A stretch of 17,582 nucleotides of DNA from a bacterium (GTDB lineage Bacteria; SZUA-182; DTGQ01). This document shows positions 15,051-17,582 of the stretch, in pieces (position 1 is the stretch's first letter; each line of letters begins with the position of its first letter). Below the pieces are notes generated by a model, which was not told the DNA's origin, searched no databases, and worked only from the letters and a program-made list of their open reading frames with translations. A program made the translations under genes and the position numbers. The stretch covers positions 1 to 17,582 of the forward strand of contig JBFMGO010000120.1 in assembly GCA_040752695.1 (NCBI GenBank). The letters are read 5' to 3'.

Positions 15051-15710
15051 TCACCCCCTTCCACTTGTTGAAACATTTATCTTTTCTAAAGCCTGGTTAT
15101 GGTCAAACAAACCATAAAATCCCTGAATGCCATCGGAAATAGCCTGTGCGATCAATAGGTGTGCCCGTGGGTAGAAAAGGTACCTGGCTTCCCTGTCATT
15201 ATTAAGGAATAATGCCTCGACTATGACAGCCGGAGCTGGTGTGGCGTTTAGAAAATAAAGGTCATCACGTCCTTTTATCCCACGATCGACGAATGGAAGA
15301 ACACCTAATAGTTCCCGCTGAATACAATGTGCAAGTACTTTTCCCTCCTGTGATTCCTGATAATAGAGGGTTTCTATCCCCTGGCCTGTATTCGGATTCG
15401 GGCAGGAATTAAAATGGATCTCGATGGCAATAGCGCCATACAATTTAGAGTCTTTCACCTTCTGCGAACTGATCAGCTCAACTTTTTTATATAAGGTGTC
15501 AGGCTGTATGAGCTGAAATTTGTAGTTCGATCGCTCCTCCAATTTGCTGAAACAGACGGCAACCTTCTGAGCTTCAAAATGCTCCTTTAACCTCAATCCC
15601 TTATTGATTGCCCCCGGTTTTTGAGGATAATGTCCGGCAGAAATAAACACGGTATGAGGTTCAAGACGTTCCCCGGGCTTTATCATGTCAGTAAATTGCT
15701 TGTCATTCAC
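15051..15710 (-). CDS. N-acetylmuramoyl-L-alanine amidase (Amidase_3), endolysin-like
   Basis: Zn-amidase motifs ISAGH, EH, IEIHFN, G.ETLY, DRGIK, PAVIVEALFL.N. Confidence 0.9.
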   Translation of the reverse strand: MNDKQFTDMIKPGERLEPHTVFISAGHYPQKPGAINKGLRLKEHFEAQKVAVCFSKLEERSNYKFQLIQPDTLYKKVELISSQKVKDSKLYGAIAIEIHFNSCPNPNTGQGIETLYYQESQEGKVLAHCIQRELLGVLPFVDRGIKGRDDLYFLNATPAPAVIVEALFLNNDREARYLFYPRAHLLIAQAISDGIQGFYGLFDHNQALEKINVSTSGRG

Positions 15711-15717
15711 TCTGTTA

Positions 15718-17456
15718 TCACCCCCTTCTCTTTAAATTGGCAGCTCTGATCAGAGCATCGTCGATCTCGTCATCCGATACCCTGGCCTTTTTGGCCTTTC
15801 TGGCGATGAGATCAGCGGCTTTTGCATCCTGAGCCAGCGTGCCCTCCCGATGGATCTTGCCGATCTTCTGGACGGCCTCCACTTTGGCCCTGGCTTTTTC
15901 CAGGTATTTTTTGGACAGCTCCGACCAGTACTTGATAATGCTCTGCTGGATCTTTATCCGGTAGGCAACGTCCTCTTTATCCTTTGGATTGACCAGGCCC
16001 CATTCCGATGCTGCACCAAGATAATCCCTGCCGTCAGGGCTGATAAGATGGATGCGTGCCGGATCATACGGATAATAGCGCACGATAACCTTCTCCCGGA
16101 TCCCCGTAAGCTCACACTCTCTGATGTGATAACGACGCGGTCCGAAAAAGTCTGTCTGGAACGTTATCAGCCCTTTCTGAGGGGTAATCCTGCGCTCAGG
16201 AAGGAACAGCCAGTCCAGGGTAATATCGTTCAGGAACACTACCGGTGACTCCTCGATCTCCTCCTGATAGATCTGCCAGGGAGACTTGCCATTGTCGGTT
16301 GAAGGTGTGGCATTGACGAACTTATGGTGATTCCACCGATCGACGATCTCCATGACCTCGTTGATTACCTCGGTGTAGTGCAGGAGCTTTTTCCCTGCAT
16401 ATTGTTTTTTCACTTCATCCTGAAGCTCTTTATTTTCCTTATGATTGGTGCGGCGCTTGAAGTATCCGGCCATCTGCCGGTTCTTCAATTCCTGATCGAG
16501 GTGGGAGAAATCGCCCTCGATCGGCTTCGAGCGCGCCCGGTAGGGTTGAGCCTTTTGATGATTCACCCCTCCGGTGCCGCTGCCACTGATACTTCCTGCC
16601 CGTCCCATCTGGTCAGCCTGGCCTACTATCTCTTTGAGATCAGCATGCCCGAAAAACTCTTCCCACCCTCCTGCCTGGACACCTCCGGACAGCCTGGCTC
16701 TGAGCTGCTGGATATACTTGGAATTTTCCGACTTACCCCAGTCAGTATAGATGCCGGAAGGGATCCCGAACCGGTAAGCCTCCCGGAGGGCCAGGCCCAC
16801 GGTATATTTATTGTAGTGCTTATAGGTTAAGGAGATGAATTGAAGGCGTGTTCTCATGTCTCGCCACATGAAAAGCTCCAGGAAGAGAATTTCGTTATTA
16901 TCATCCACACAGAGAATGTCACACTTGTGCTGGTCCCCGCATAATACCTCCCAGGGATGATAACAGGAACAATCCCGGTAAATGGGTGGCATCTCCTCCA
17001 GGAGCCCGCGCCGGCCGCGATCCCGGAGAGTGTAAACCGGCTCTGCCACCTTCTTTATCAGCCTGTAGAATGACTTCTCGCTGCCGATCTGCCAGGCCGG
17101 ATTATGCTGTGATGCCTCGACCTGAATCTGAGCGTATAGCTCCTTGGCCGTTATTTGGTCCCATTTGTTGTGGAGGATCAAGCCGATGGCAAACTGTGCA
17201 GCCTCCTCGTCCCATTTGTACAGCCCTGTGCCAAGGGCCGGAAGTTGAAGCCCAGGCTTTTTGGGTGGCTGAAAAAGCCGCTTTTGCCGATAAAGATTAA
17301 GATAGCGGTAAATCGTCTGCTTGGATATGTTGTAACGGGATGCGATCTCTTCGTACCAGCCATCCTTGCCGCCGAACCCTTTCGGGCAGGAAACGGCCTC
17401 TGCCACAATCCGCACCTTTTTCCAGCCCTCCTCATTGAGGTGGGCCGGATCAATGT
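15718..17456 (-). CDS. MuA-like DDE transposase, 5' end replaced by the repeat
   Basis: HTH IASRYNISKQTIYRYL; catalytic GDQHKCD / YTDWGK / SKPIEGDF; C-terminal barrel KVIVRYYPYDP; the ORF-track start at 17508 lies inside the repeat. Confidence 0.9.
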
Positions 17457-17582
17457 TTGTGTGCTTCCGGTAAGCGTGCATGAAAATTAGATAAGAAAGC
17501 ATTATCATAGGTTATCCAAGAGAATAAGATAAGGGAGGATAATCTATGAATCAAGAAAGCCTACCAGTAGTTAAGCCAACCA
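17457..17582 (+). repeat. 126-bp inverted repeat, right copy (probable end of an IS-like element)
   Basis: Exact reverse complement of 2..127; replaces the 5' end of the transposase gene. Confidence 0.95.
17546..17582 (+). CDS. 5' fragment of a gene inside the repeat, running out of the window (MNQESLPVVKPT...), possibly an IS transposase; mirrored at 1..38 on the minus strand
   Basis: Strong SD AAGGGAGG at 17531-17538, ATG at 17546, open to the window end; product cannot be identified from 12 codons. Confidence 0.55.
   Translation, partial: MNQESLPVVKPT

Larger units (their letters stand above)
128..17456 (-). mobile_element. Mu-like (transposable) prophage segment, early region through portal; probably defective
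   Basis: Co-oriented MuA-type DDE transposase, MuB-type ATPase, Gam, GemA, terminase, gp36 and gp29 portal homologues in broadly Mu-like order; both terminal genes are cut by the 126-bp repeat. Confidence 0.93.

Noticed and set aside
15850..17490. Plus-strand ORFs opposite the transposase (and similar ones opposite terL, gam, MuB and the DnaC-like gene)
   Set aside because: Antisense shadows of well-supported genes with no recognisable motifs
17459..17582. Group II intron 5' end (GTGTG fits GUGYG)
   Set aside because: An ORF with SD starts under 90 nt inside, too early for a domain-IV ORF, and this copy is antisense to the interrupted gene
1..17582. CRISPR array, tRNA/rRNA, or diversity-generating retroelement
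   Set aside because: No regularly spaced repeats, cloverleaf, reverse transcriptase or TR/VR pair seen by eye

Overview
The window is almost entirely a segment of a Mu-like (transposable) prophage, read mainly on the minus strand. From right to left it carries a MuA-type DDE transposase, an AT-rich inserted block (Amidase_3, a stand-alone Mu-transposase C-terminal domain, small ORFs and an antisense membrane/Zn-ribbon gene split by a frameshift in an A8 tract), a MuB-type ATPase, gam and gemA. These are followed by an unexpected HTH + initiator-C-terminal-like + DnaC/IstB-like helicase-loader module, DUF4031 and an HTH protein. An oppositely oriented cargo of two signal-peptide proteins comes next (tail-fibre-like domains; beta-helix + CE4 deacetylase), then late genes (gp25/gp26-like, TerS, TerL, gp36, portal). 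Both ends of the window are the same 126-bp sequence in inverted orientation, probably the end of an IS-like element and an assembly break point; it cuts the portal gene on the left and the transposase gene on the right. Intergenic spaces hold several palindromic or MITE-like elements, including a ~65-bp repeat present twice, once with a REP hairpin inside. All family assignments come from recognising motifs by eye, not from database searches.
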